DNA of 32,000 nt from Candidatus Saccharimonadota bacterium (GTDB lineage: Bacteria > Patescibacteriota > Gracilibacteria > Absconditabacterales > Absconditicoccaceae): contig JAUIDC010000001.1 of NCBI GenBank assembly GCA_030429145.1, forward strand, positions 904,578 to 936,577, given 5' to 3'. Below are positions 19,367-30,280 of this stretch, piece by piece; the first letter of the stretch is position 1; every line of letters begins with the position of its first letter. The notes under the pieces were generated by a model. That model was given only the letters and a program-made list of their open reading frames with translations. It ran no database searches and was not told where the DNA came from. Position numbers and translations under genes: made by a program.

Positions 19367-19846
19367 TTATGGGATACTCTCCCATTTTTGGCTAAAGAAA
19401 CTCTTTCGAGATGCAAAAGGAGAAAGCGATGTTCAAGTGGATGCCACCTGGAGCTCTCCTGTCGCCTCTGCACCGGTTGCTGTCACTGCAATCTCTGCTT
19501 CAGACTGAGGAGACACATGCTCAAAAAGAACAAACTGCTCTCACTCAAGTAAAATCCCCTGCTGATGTGCCATGATTTTTTCTGCATAGGGAGAGCTATA
19601 GTATGCATTTTGTATCTCAAGATATTGCATATCTTTTTTTCTTTGGACTATCTTAGCTCTCACATCTGTGATGTTTTGCTGAATATTCGCATAGTTCAAA
19701 TAGACCTTTACTGCTGTGATCATCATGAAAATCATCAGAAAAAAGAGGCCATACTTTCGTTGGCTTGTCTTAATTCTCCGCTTTCTGCGGGGATTTTGCG
19801 GACTCATCGCAGCAGACGGACGCTGCTCTGTCACCAGTAAACCCAT
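19367..19846 (-). CDS. FtsB/DivIC-family septum formation initiator-like protein, 159 aa
   Basis: It has a basic N-terminus, a single TM (LFFLMIFMMITAV), a coiled coil and the motif YAEKIMAHQQGILLEGEQFV. It reads through TGA 19541 and 19433 to TAA at 19367-19369. Confidence 0.6.
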
Positions 19847-19899
19847 ACAAATAAAGCTAGTGAAAACCTTTCTGAAAACAATCCGTTTTTGCTATTTTA

Positions 19900-22704
19900 T
19901 TATAATCCACTTTGTCTTCGTAGCATAAGTAATATCCATCATCTCAATTCCTCCATAGACGGAGTTTCTATCTTTTTCATAATGTTTGCATTATACAAGG
20001 CCTGTAAATGCTGAGTAAACCACCCCTCTCACGAAGTTTCATACAGTGAACCTCGTAATATTCTCGACAATATAGTACCAAACTCTGCTCTTGTCACTTT
20101 GTCAAACGGACGGAACTCTTGCAAAGGAGTTCAATCATTGGTGATACCCATAAGTCATAGCTTACAAGCCATTATGATGTCATCTTGTAAATCAAATGAG
20201 GCATCTTGCAGATCAATATAAGATGTACATGCTTCTCTATTTGACAACGATTTATTTGTAAACTGCATCGCATAAGTAGCTATCATCTTTGCCAATTCCT
20301 CTCTGGTAATAGGATCATATAATCTCGCTTCAGACTGTGGAGACAAAGTCGTAATCTTTTGATCATGAGCCCAATCATACGCAGCGCTTATTTCATCTTT
20401 TTCTTCATTTACGGTATTGTCTACCACGGGCTCATCTATCACTGGATTTGGAACGACTGGCTTAGTTTGTCCACATATTCCATCAAAAAACGTTGGAGAG
20501 AAATCTCATGCAGGACAATAGTCATACTTTAAAGATCCTCCACCTCCTCCTGCAAATGTTTGTGGAGCAAATTGAAGAATGCTCCATCCATAATTAGCAG
20601 AAACGAGTGCTCCACTTGTACTATACATACTTACACGACTACTCATACTTGCACTCGTGTCATTTATGACTGTATCATACGTAAGAGTTAGTGGACTCTC
20701 TGCATAAGTCGCTATCAATCCAGTTAAAGTTGGCGTTGTCGCTCTATCTGTTGTTTTCATATGTACAGTGACACAGAGATTCTGATAAGCCGATCAACTT
20801 AATGCAGCCAATGATATCTGACTGTTTGAGGCAGAGGCGTTGTCGATAACACTATTACTATTACCCGTATAAAGGGCACAGTTCTGATCAGCTGATGGAC
20901 GGACCGAATATGTTGCGCTCGTATTTGTTGGAAGTGTTATATCTGTGAAGAGATTCTTCCACTTTGTAAATGAATCTGATCCAGTAAACAGCAGAGTGAA
21001 ATTACCAAAAAGATTATTGTTTAATGTAACATTACCCGAGACGAGCGTGTCGTAAATAGCTTGCGCGACTCTCCGATTTCCTGATGTCGTCAGATGTACT
21101 CCATCACCATAGTCGTATGCGGCATCAAGATACCAAAGATTACCAGATACTGCATTTGCTCATGTATACTCGACTCCTATATACGGAGCGGCATCTACTA
21201 CAACTGTCTTAGAATACTCTGCAGCAAGCTCAGTAACACTCTGATTTCGGTCATCTTTTGTTATATTTCGACCAGTTCCTCCTTCTGTCCAAGGCGTGAG
21301 AAGCAGGATAACTACCTTCTGTATATTAGCAGCATTTTCTGTCACATTCAATATATGTCTTCGTCAACTCATATAATTTGCCTTTGATGTTCCTAGAGCA
21401 ATATCGTTGAAGCCTATCGACACAACAACCATCTTAGGGTTTATGTTGAGTACATCTCTCTCAAAACGTGAGACAACTGATGCAATAGTTTGTGATCCCA
21501 TACCCATATTTTGAGTAGTCAGGCTAGAAAACTCACTGAAGAAGTGCTGAATGGTTCAAGTGATAAAGGTGCGTGGTAAGGTTTCGATAAACGAGTAGTG
21601 TGGCGGATGTCACGCAACTAATGATGCTCCAATAAAAACTGAATCAGCCTGATCCATATAGACCTCTATCGGATATGTAGACGTTGTAAATGTTCAAGCG
21701 GTTGGCCATGGGAAATCGCTACCAGCACCTCAAGTGTTTGTGATAAAGTACATATTTTGGCCTCCCACTCCAGCCTCTACAGGAATATTAAGCTGTCAAC
21801 CGTTGGTAGTCCATAGCATATGAAATCCATAATAGTCTCCTTCTTGTACTCCAGTAATAGGAGATGAAAGCACTATATCAGAAATGCTTCACGAATTTAT
21901 ATTGGGAATGAGATTTTCACTTTGTCAAACGAGGTCAAAATTTCCACCAGTATTCTGTCTTCGTATTTTAAAGTAGAATCCAGTTAAATTTGTTTTATGA
22001 TCTACATAAAATCTTAATCTCTTGACTGTGCCATCCTGTCTAATTCTATAATAGTGTCCTGATTGGAAAAACTCTCTTGAGCTCACTCCTCCTCAACCAG
22101 AGTTTCCCGCACCTACGATAATAGGTTTAATAGGATTGGGTGCTACGTGAGAATAAATTGAAAGGGGATCGATCGTTACTCCACTTGAAAGATACACAAC
22201 GTTATTACGAACTCCTCCCGTAATGTTACTTCTATCTATAAGTTGAGCACTTCCTGACAGCAGCGATTTTTCCAATTTAAAATACTTAATAGCACAATCT
22301 CTTACTCCAGCCACACCTGTTGGAGTATATGTCCATGTCGCGCCAGTTTCATCATTGCTATAAGAAAGCGTATAGCCTGTAAGAAGATTTGCTTCAAGTG
22401 TTCATAATACATAACACATACCTGGAGCAATACTACCGGAGAGGACAAAATTGTTCCCTCATGTTGTTCCTTCATTCTGATAAGAAAGTTGATATCTTAC
22501 TCTATCATTGGCTAACACCTTACCAGTAGAACTGATAGTATCTACAGACCCACTCACTACTTGTGCTGTTTTCTGAAGAGTCAGATCTATAGTATGTATT
22601 GTCGTCCAGTTCCAAATTGCATGTGCTGGTAAAACATACAGTAAAGCAGAAAAAATTACCAGAGCCATACTTGAGAGCAATAGTTTTTTAGATGTAGATG
22701 TCAT
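19900..22704 (-). CDS. Secreted 934-aa cell-surface protein with an N-terminal signal peptide, central beta domains, an SGNH/GDSL hydrolase domain and two C-terminal SLH-like repeats
   Basis: Five track ORFs (22459-22704, 22093-22314, 21160-21351, 20506-20760, 20155-20442) share one frame. I translated the gaps at 22315-22458, 21352-22092 and below 20155 codon by codon; the 20443-20505 and 20761-21159 joins were read less strictly. About 18 in-frame TGA codons; TAA at 19900-19902. Signal peptide: MTSTSKKLLLSSMALVIFSALLYVLPAHA. SGNH blocks: FIGASLVAG, NMGMGSQT, VSIGFNDI, GDGVHLT. SLH-like repeats: ITREELAKMIATYA and VTRAEFGTILSRIL. Confidence 0.75.
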
Positions 22705-22817
22705 TATGTTGAGGTAAAAAACAATAAAGAAATTTTTAACCTTTCTCTGCTGAGAATATGTAAAAGTAACATGAGATTACAAGTGAAAATAAACTTTAAA
22801 AAAGCGTTCTATTTTCG

Positions 22818-22845
22818 TTGCAATTTTTCTACCAATTGATATACA
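22818..22845 (+). promoter_or_regulatory. Promoter TTGCAA-N16-TATACA for the pilin gene; implies a near-leaderless mRNA
   Basis: TTGCAA at 22818-22823 and TATACA at 22840-22845. The ATG at 22855 lies only 10 nt after the -10 element. Confidence 0.4.
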
Positions 22846-22854
22846 ATCAGGCTC

Positions 22855-23406
22855 ATGTATGTATCGGAACAACATTATTTCACAAAAAAGTCATTTACGC
22901 TGATTGAGATGCTGATAGTCATCGTGATTATTGGTATTTTGGCGGCAGCGCTTGTGCCGAGACTGAGAGACGTGCAATGAAGAGCAAGAGATACTAAGAG
23001 GAAAGTGGATCTCAAAACAATATACAATGCTAATGAGATATATATCCTCGATAACGGCACTTATGCTCCTGTAGTCTGAGTACGAAGCTACTATAGTACT
23101 GGTTCTCAACCATGGATCCCTGGGCTCTCATGAATACTTACTAGTATTCCGACTGACCCAATTAATAATGGAATATATACCATAACAGGAAATTACGTAT
23201 ATAGATACGGAAATCTGTTGAGTTGATCTATCAACTCATATGATCTCACAACTGTATTAGAAAATCGCAATGACCCTCAGAACTGTCTCAGTCTAAACCG
23301 GACATACTTTTATCCGACAACGTGATGTCAATTTGCAGCAGCTGCATATAATTATCCACACCTATGGTACTCATACGAGTACTCACCTCATTCTGGTCGG
23401 TTCTAA
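22855..23406 (+). CDS. Type IV pilin or pseudopilin, 183 aa
   Basis: N-terminal class III signal and hydrophobic helix: MYVSEQHYFTKKS/FTLIEMLIVIVIIGILAAALVPRL, then RARDTKRKVDLKTI. Five in-frame TGA codons; TAA at 23404-23406. The -1 residue is Ser rather than Gly. Confidence 0.75.
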
Positions 23407-23448
23407 AAATCCACTTGCAATTATCAATGAATGGTATATTATGAGATT

Positions 23449-23475
23449 GTTCCCCGCAGAGGGAACGCTTTTTTA
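23449..23475 (+). terminator. Intrinsic terminator, either ending the pilin transcript or acting as an attenuator in the nusA leader
   Basis: GTTCCC-CGCAGA-GGGAAC followed by GCTTTTTT. It lies downstream of a TTGCAA-N16-TATTAT promoter (23415-23442) and 57 nt upstream of the nusA ATG. Confidence 0.5.
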
Positions 23476-23531
23476 AACTAGGACATGTAAAAAAATAATT
23501 TTGTACTTTTAACTTCTTAATCATAGAGAGA

Positions 23532-24566
23532 ATGCAATTAGATGGAAAGACCATTCAGGCCTCAATCATGCAGTTGATTGAAGATTACAAATTTGACCCA
23601 TATCAGGTAATGGAAATTGTAAAACTTGGTTTGAAGTCTGCATTTAAAAAAGATTATCTGCCAAATGAGAAAAAAGCACAAGTACAGGTAACGATTGATA
23701 AAGCGGGTAATATCCGTGTCTTTAGAGAGTATGAGGTAGTAAAAGAAGTTGAAGATGACAGTTTTGAGATGTCAGTAACTGATGCAAAGAAACACAGAAA
23801 GGACATCAAAGAAGGAGAGACTGTACTCATGGACATCACTCCAGAGAAGCTTGAGTTTTCACGTATCGCAGTACAGGCTGCAGCCCAGACTATTAAGCAA
23901 TCTTTGAAAGGAATCGAAAGAGAAAGATTTTATGAGAAATTTCAAAATAAGCAGGGAGAGCTTCTGAGAGCAAAAGTACTGAGAGTCAACGGCGACAGTA
24001 TCGTACTTGATGTTGACGGAACAACTGTAGTACTTGGTCCTGAGGGTCAGATACCCGGAAGACTCTACCATCCAGGTGAAGAGATTTTTGTACTTCTTAG
24101 ACAGATCTCAAAGGGAACTGGTGGAATTATCTTGGATATTACTCAGTCAAGCAATGACTTTATTGAAGCAATCCTGAGAAAGATTGTTCCAGAACTTGAT
24201 GAAGGAAAAGTTGAAATTACAAGAATTGCAAGAGTACCAGGAAAGAGAACAAAGATGGTTGTTGCTGCATTAGATGATAAAATAGACCCAGTGGGTGTGT
24301 TTGTTGGTCAGCGTGCAGAAAGAATCAATACTATCTTGACGCTTCTCGATGGTGAAAAGATCGACTTCATCGAACAGATTGAAGATGATGACATCAAACT
24401 GATAGCCGACTGCTTGAAGCCTGCTCGCATTGAGTCTATTGAGCTTAAAGGAAAGAAAGCTATCGTGACACTACCTGACGATCAGAAACCTCTTGCTATC
24501 GGAAAAGCAGCCTCTAATATCAAGCTAGCTGGACAGCTCACAGGCTATATGATCGAACTACGTTAA
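23532..24566 (+). CDS. nusA: Transcription termination/antitermination factor NusA, 344 aa
   Basis: Intact ORF with no TGA. It shows the NusA layout of an N-terminal domain, an S1-like segment (GELLRAKVLRVNGDSIVLDV) and KH-like segments (VPGKRTKMVVAALDDKIDPVGVFVGQRAERI). Confidence 0.88.
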   Translation: MQLDGKTIQASIMQLIEDYKFDPYQVMEIVKLGLKSAFKKDYLPNEKKAQVQVTIDKAGNIRVFREYEVVKEVEDDSFEMSVTDAKKHRKDIKEGETVLMDITPEKLEFSRIAVQAAAQTIKQSLKGIERERFYEKFQNKQGELLRAKVLRVNGDSIVLDVDGTTVVLGPEGQIPGRLYHPGEEIFVLLRQISKGTGGIILDITQSSNDFIEAILRKIVPELDEGKVEITRIARVPGKRTKMVVAALDDKIDPVGVFVGQRAERINTILTLLDGEKIDFIEQIEDDDIKLIADCLKPARIESIELKGKKAIVTLPDDQKPLAIGKAASNIKLAGQLTGYMIELR

Positions 24567-24595
24567 TCTCATATTTTAACTTATAAGTCATTGAT

Positions 24596-25252
24596 ATGCC
24601 TTCAGATATTCTCTGATATATACTACTCGGAATAGTACTGATAGTGTCTATTGGCATTCATGAATTTGCTCATGCGCGAGCAGCAAATAAGCTCGGAGAC
24701 CCTACTCCCCGCCTACAGTGAAGACTCACACCAAATCCGTTAGCTCATATTGATCCTATAGGATTTATCATGATATTTATCATCGGATTTGGTTGGGGAA
24801 AGCCAGTGTATACCAATCCTGGGTACTTCCGCAATCCAGTCAGAGATGACTTTCTCGTTGCTATGGCGGGGCCAGCGAGCAACATCCTTATGTGTATCGC
24901 TGGTATGATTATCATGGGTGTGTACGCTCTCGTGATTGGGATTAGCTCCCCATTGGAAATTTATGCGACCAATGATATTGTTATTCAGTTTTGGATATTA
25001 TTTTGTCAGTTAAATATTGTGCTGGCTGTGTTCAATTTGATCCCTATTTTTCCACTCGATGGATATAGAATTATCAAAATTATCTCGCCTAGCGCAGGAT
25101 ATTGGATGGAAAAAAACGGGCACATCATGACTATTGTCGCACTCGTACTGATCCTTGGTGTAGGAAGAAACTTTATTGGCAATTATATTTTTGGAGCAAC
25201 GGAGACGATTTTCAATTTCCTCTTTATGATCATGAGTCAGGTGTTCTTCTAA
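24596..25252 (+). CDS. Site-2-protease-family (M50) zinc metalloprotease, 218 aa
   Basis: ATG at 24596 joins track ORF 24770-25252 in frame. HEFAH zinc motif and FNLIPIFPLDG motif are present. The segment GDPTPRLQ-G-RLTPNPLAHIDP has its Gly encoded by TGA 24719-24721. Two in-frame TGA codons in total. Confidence 0.8.
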
Positions 25253-25326
25253 AGAATATAAAATGTATAAAATTATCACATTAAAAATATTTGATTTTAA
25301 GAACTTTATACACTTTTGATTTTACC

Positions 25327-26400
25327 ATGCTCGATAAGCTCTTGCAGATAGAACAAACCTATAAGGACATACAGGAACAGTTGATGGATCCTGATAATTT
25401 GTCGAATCAGGAAAAACTCATTGGTCTCAATAGAAAGTCTCAGAGCTTACAGGAGGCATATGATCTGTTTCAAAACTATAAAAAATATACTGCACAGAAG
25501 AAGGAGGCTGAAGAGATACTTGGTCAAGAAAGTGATAAAGATATGATAGAGATGGCTGAGGACCAGCTGCATGATGCGAATGAAAAGATCGAAGAACTTG
25601 AAGGCAAGCTGAAGATAGCGCTGCTGCCGAAAGACCCCAATGACGACAAGAATATTTTCCTCGAAATCAGACCGGCAGCAGGTGGCGATGAAGCCGGCCT
25701 TTTTGCAGCTGAACTGCTCAAAGCATATATGCTCTTTGCTCAGAAAAAAGGCCGAAAGAGCGAAGTGATCGAACAGGTATACAATGATGTCGGAGGCATC
25801 AAATTTGCTATGATTAAAATGTCGGGCGATCACGTCTACAGCCAGATGAAATTTGAATCTGGGGTGCATCGTGTACAAAGAATTCCTGCGACAGAGTCGC
25901 AGGGTCGTGTACACACATCGACTATTACCGTTGCTATCATGCCAGAAGCCGAAGATGTTGAATTTCACATTGATCCAAATGATGTACAGATGGACACCTA
26001 TGCTGCATCCTCAGCCGGTGGTCAAAATGCTAATAAAAACCAAACGGGTGTAAGACTCCACCATCTCCCAACAGGAATGATTGTTACCATCGGAGACAGT
26101 AAATCACAAATGCAAAATAAAGAAAAGGCTCGACAAGTACTAAAAGCAAGACTCTATCAAGCTGAACTTGATAAGAAAAATGAAGAAGAACGTGAAGCAA
26201 GAGGCGCTCAGATTGGAGGTGGAGACAGAAGTGAAAAGATAAGAACCTACAACTTTCCGCAAGACCGTGTAACTGATCATAGGATCAAAGAGTCACGAGG
26301 AAATCTCCCAGGCATCATGCTTGGTGAACTCGATGATATCATCTCAGCACTCATCCTCTACAATCAAACAGAGATGATGAAAGCAGAAAAGGAAGAGTAA
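25327..26400 (+). CDS. prfA: Peptide chain release factor 1 (recognises UAA/UAG), 357 aa
   Basis: PAT tripeptide (RIPATES) and GGQ motif (SSAGGQNANKNQTGVRL) are present. No in-frame TGA. The probable start is the ATG at 25327, inside track ORF 25291-26400. Confidence 0.92.
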   Translation: MLDKLLQIEQTYKDIQEQLMDPDNLSNQEKLIGLNRKSQSLQEAYDLFQNYKKYTAQKKEAEEILGQESDKDMIEMAEDQLHDANEKIEELEGKLKIALLPKDPNDDKNIFLEIRPAAGGDEAGLFAAELLKAYMLFAQKKGRKSEVIEQVYNDVGGIKFAMIKMSGDHVYSQMKFESGVHRVQRIPATESQGRVHTSTITVAIMPEAEDVEFHIDPNDVQMDTYAASSAGGQNANKNQTGVRLHHLPTGMIVTIGDSKSQMQNKEKARQVLKARLYQAELDKKNEEEREARGAQIGGGDRSEKIRTYNFPQDRVTDHRIKESRGNLPGIMLGELDDIISALILYNQTEMMKAEKEE

Positions 26401-26506
26401 GTCGATTAGTATTGAAAATAGATCCAGATTTTCTATAATCACGGGCACAGGTAAACGTTCTCTATATATCATTCCGCTCTTCTCATGTGCGGATCATGCA
26501 GATCAG

Positions 26507-26540
26507 TCCCGGTATACTCCGGGGCTTTTTCTTTTCTTGC
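26507..26540 (+). terminator. Intrinsic terminator after prfA
   Basis: CCCGG-TATACT-CCGGG followed by GCTTTTTCTTTTC. Confidence 0.55.
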
Positions 26541-26602
26541 AACCTCCTTTCAAATCACTACAAGTAGGAGGTATTCATTTTTGTATTAGCATAAACGCAT
26601 AG

Positions 26603-27847
26603 ATGTTTGTTATCAAGAAATCTGAGAAACTCAACGGAACAGTTACCATATCATGAAGTAAAAACGCAGCACTGCCTATTATCGCAGCGAACTACCTGAC
26701 AGATAATACAGTCACGCTGGATAATGTTCCTGACATCCTCGATGTCACACGTTTACATAATATCGCGGAAAATGCGGTCAAAGCATCTGAATGAAAGGAC
26801 TACTTTGACCTTACCGATCCTCTTTGCCTCAAACTAAGAGCATCGATCCTTATGGTACCATATGGACTTATTCACCATGGTGAAGTACGTTTTATCGGTG
26901 TCGGTGGATGTAAACTTGGTAAAAGATCTCTCGACACATTCGATGATGGTCTAGAACAGTGTGGTGTCTCACTCAGCTATGAAAAAAACACTAAAATCTA
27001 TAAAAAAACTTCTCTCCCGAAGGACAAGATTGTTCTCCAAGAGTTCAGCGTAACGGCAACGGAGGCTATACTTACCTATCTTGCATTTCTCTCAGATGCA
27101 CAAGGTAACGAGTACACTCTCTATCAGGCAGCTATTGAGCCACATGTACTCAATCTTATTGATTTCCTTAAAAACATTGGTGCTGATATCGAAGTAAACT
27201 ACAATCATAGCATCACTATCAGACCTCAACAGGTACAGGTCAAAGAAAACACATTTCATATCACCGGAGACTACTTAGAAGCTGGTATGTTTTTGGCTAT
27301 TGGAGCAACAGCAAAGGACAGTGATATCACTATCACGTGAGTGGACATCAAAGACTTGTTATCTGTCTTTGCTGTGTGCAAAAACATCGGCATCGACTAC
27401 TCTATCATCGATCATCAAACATTTCGTGTCACGAGCAAAAACCTAGATAAGTATCATGCAACAAAGATTCAAACGATGATCTTTCCAGGATTTCCAACCG
27501 ATTTACAATCCGTGTTTGCAACGCTCCTCACACAAGCAACTGGCGTGAGTAAGATCTTTGAGACATTATTCGAAGGAAGATTCGTCTATCTAGCAGAATT
27601 AGAAAATCTCTGAGCAAAGGTAGAGATACTCAATCCACACCAAGTGGTTGTTATTGGCCCTACACAGCTTCATGGAAACTATGTGACGAGCACTGATATC
27701 AGAGGTGGAGGCGCTATGATCGTCGCTGGTGTTATTGCAGAGGGAGAAACTGTTGTGACCAATGAAGAACTCATCCTCAGAGGCTATGAAAACGTCGTAG
27801 AAAAATTACAATCTATCGGTGTACAGATTGAGAGAAGAGATAGTTAA
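26603..27847 (+). CDS. murA: UDP-N-acetylglucosamine 1-carboxyvinyltransferase, 414 aa
   Basis: Three track ORFs (26852-27340, 27341-27613, 27644-27847) and the segment from ATG 26603 are in one frame, joined by four TGA codons. TGA 26654-26656 encodes the Gly of TIS-G-SKNAALPI. The active-site Cys context reads VGGCKLGKRSLD. The ELENL-G-AKVE Gly is TGA 27611-27613. Confidence 0.9.
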
Positions 27848-27870
27848 TTTAATTAGTCATATTACTTTCT

Positions 27871-29070
27871 ATGTACCAACCTTCAGATCAAGTATTGAAG
27901 AAATATGCTGACGTACTAGTAAAATATGCTGCTAACAACGGGAAGGGAGTACAGCCAGGTGAAACAGTGTGTTTACAAGTCAATGAGTCTGCTAAGCCAT
28001 TGCTCAAATATCTCTTACTTGCAGTCATCGAGGCAGGTGGGTTACCTTTTATTGACTATAATCCAGAGGGTGTATATAAGACACTCTTCGACCACGGGAC
28101 AGAAGAACAGTATACTTATGTACCAAAAAACATGACACTCGGGAAGGTGTCCGATATGAATCATCTCATCTACATACGTTCTGAAGCAGACAAACATGAA
28201 TATGACGAAGTAGACTCAGCTAAATTGATTGCAGATCAGAGATCATATAAATTTTACTATGATGCTTGGCAAGAAAAAGAAAGGCAAGGAAAATTCTCAT
28301 GGTGTCTCGCGTTATTTGGTACAGAAAGTATGGCTCAAGAAGCTAACATGTCACTGGAAGAATATCGACAAGAGATCATAAAAGCCTGTTTTCTAGATAT
28401 GGATGATCCTGTAGCAAAGTGGAAAGAAGTAGAAGAGGAAATCAGTGATATTAAAAACAAACTGAATGAACTGCCTATAGAATCAGTACATATCGTAGGA
28501 GAAGATGCTGATCTTACAGTCAAAATAGGAACTAATAGAAAATGGCTCAGCGGCGGCGGTCATAACATCCCTTCATTCGAAATATTTATATCTCCTGATC
28601 GAAGATGAACAGAGGGATGGATCAGATTTTCTGAACCACTCTACCAGTATGGTAGTATCATTAAAGGTATAGAATTACATTTTAAAAATGGTATCATCTC
28701 TCAAGCAACAGCTAAAGAAAATGAGAAAGCATTACTGGATATGATTGCTGCGGAAAATGCAAATAAGGTCTGAGAGTTTAGTCTAACGGATCGCAGAATG
28801 TCTCGTATCACTAAATTTATGAGCGACACTCTTTTTGATGAGAATGTTTGATGACCATGTGGGAATACGCATATTGCTATAGGATTTGCTTATAAGGAGA
28901 GCTATAAGTGAGATGTCTCCTCTCTCTCCGCAGAAGATTGGGGGAATCTAGGATTCAATGAATCTGCTGTCCATAGCGATATTGTTTCAACTACCAATAG
29001 AACCGTTACAGCTACCCTTGCTGACGGTACAGAAAAAGTTATTTATAAAGATGGAGAATTTGTCATATAA
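27871..29070 (+). CDS. M29-family aminopeptidase (AmpS/PepS-like), 399 aa
   Basis: The N-terminus is typical of M29 (KYADVLVKYAANNGKGVQPGETVCLQV). It continues past TGA 28606 through four more TGA codons, including the tandem TGA-TGA at 28849-28854 in FDENV-GG-PCGNTHIAIG. TAA at 29068-29070. Confidence 0.85.
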
Positions 29071-29075
29071 CAAAC

Positions 29076-30215
29076 ATGCTAGCACTACTCCGCAAACTAT
29101 TTGCGCCTAAATTACATAGTCTCAATACTATCCATATCGATAGGAAAGCGATCCTGCATAATTTGTCGTATCTTCAATCGTTACATCCATTTGATCAGAT
29201 TATTCCTGTGCTAAAATCGAATGCGTATGGACATGGACTGAAAGAGGTTTGCCAGATACTGAAGCATAGCGACGTGGAAATGGTCGCTGTTGATAGCTTC
29301 CCAGAATATCAGATTGCCAAAAAATATACGAAAAAGAGGGTGCTGGTGATTGGAGAGACCGATGTACGTAACTATAGACATTTCAATCGAAAACGCGCAT
29401 CATTTGCTGTGTACAATATCAGCACCCTCGAGTGACTCATCGCATATAGAAAAAAATGTCGTATCCATATCTTTTTGAATACAGGAATGAATCGTGAAGG
29501 CATCCAAATGCACGAGTTAGATGAGTTCCTAGAGACACTGCAAAATGCACCTTGGATAACGGTCGAGTGAATCATGTCTCACTTTGCCGATGCTGATAAT
29601 GTTGACCCTGCATCTATGCAATTACAAGTAGAAAATTTTAAACGCATGCATGAAAAGATACTTGAGTATGGGTTTGAGTCGCAGTATAGACATATAAGTG
29701 CAAGTGCTGGTGCGTTAAAGTTAGATGATGATTTTTTCAATGCACAAAGAGTATGATTGGCACTCTACGGCTACAATCCTTTGTCAGAAGATGACAAAGC
29801 ATACACAAAGGGGTCTCTGTTGAAGCCTGCTATGCGCGTCTACTCCTCTATCGTTTCACTCCAAGATATCAGTGAGTGAGAGTGAGTTGGCTACAAGTTC
29901 ACCTATGAGGCACCTGGAGAGACACGTATTGCGACGATACCATTTGGCTACTTTGAGGGACTACCAAGAGTACTTTCCAATAACTGGCAGATCAAACGAA
30001 AAGATATCTATCTCCCCGTAGTCGGCACGATCTCTATGAATCTCTGCTGTGTCAACGCATCAGAATACGATGTAGCCATAGGAGAAACTGTCGAGGTAAT
30101 TTCACCAAGCAAATCTTCATTAAACTCACTTGAGCATATGGCAAAAGCTTCTGGAATGATTACCTACGAGCTTCTCGTAAAGATAGCTCCTAGCGTGAAA
30201 AGAAAGGTGATATAA
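29076..30215 (+). CDS. alr: Alanine racemase, 379 aa
   Basis: The PLP-lysine motif VLKSNAYGHG is present. The segment WITVE-G-IMSHFADAD has its Gly encoded by TGA 29568-29570, and RV-G-LALYGY is also present. Five in-frame TGA codons; TAA at 30213-30215. Confidence 0.88.
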
Positions 30216-30280
30216 TAGTTTGATTGATTTTTTACAGGAACCAAATAGTATTGTTTACTAATTTATATTGTTAGATATCG

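Noticed and set aside
26565-26572. A strong AGGAGG Shine-Dalgarno-like element upstream of murA.
   Set aside because: It lies about 30 nt before the murA ATG with an in-frame TAG in between, and no alternative start follows it at proper spacing. It is probably fortuitous or part of an unidentified small transcript.
26603-27847. murA, and likewise alr, the M29 peptidase, htrA, terL and the portal, appear as strings of short ORFs. This could be read as pseudogenes or a decaying genome.
   Set aside because: All fragments of each gene are in the same frame and interrupted only by TGA, never by TAA, TAG or frameshifts. The TGA positions coincide with conserved glycines. Recoding explains this far better than independent nonsense mutations.
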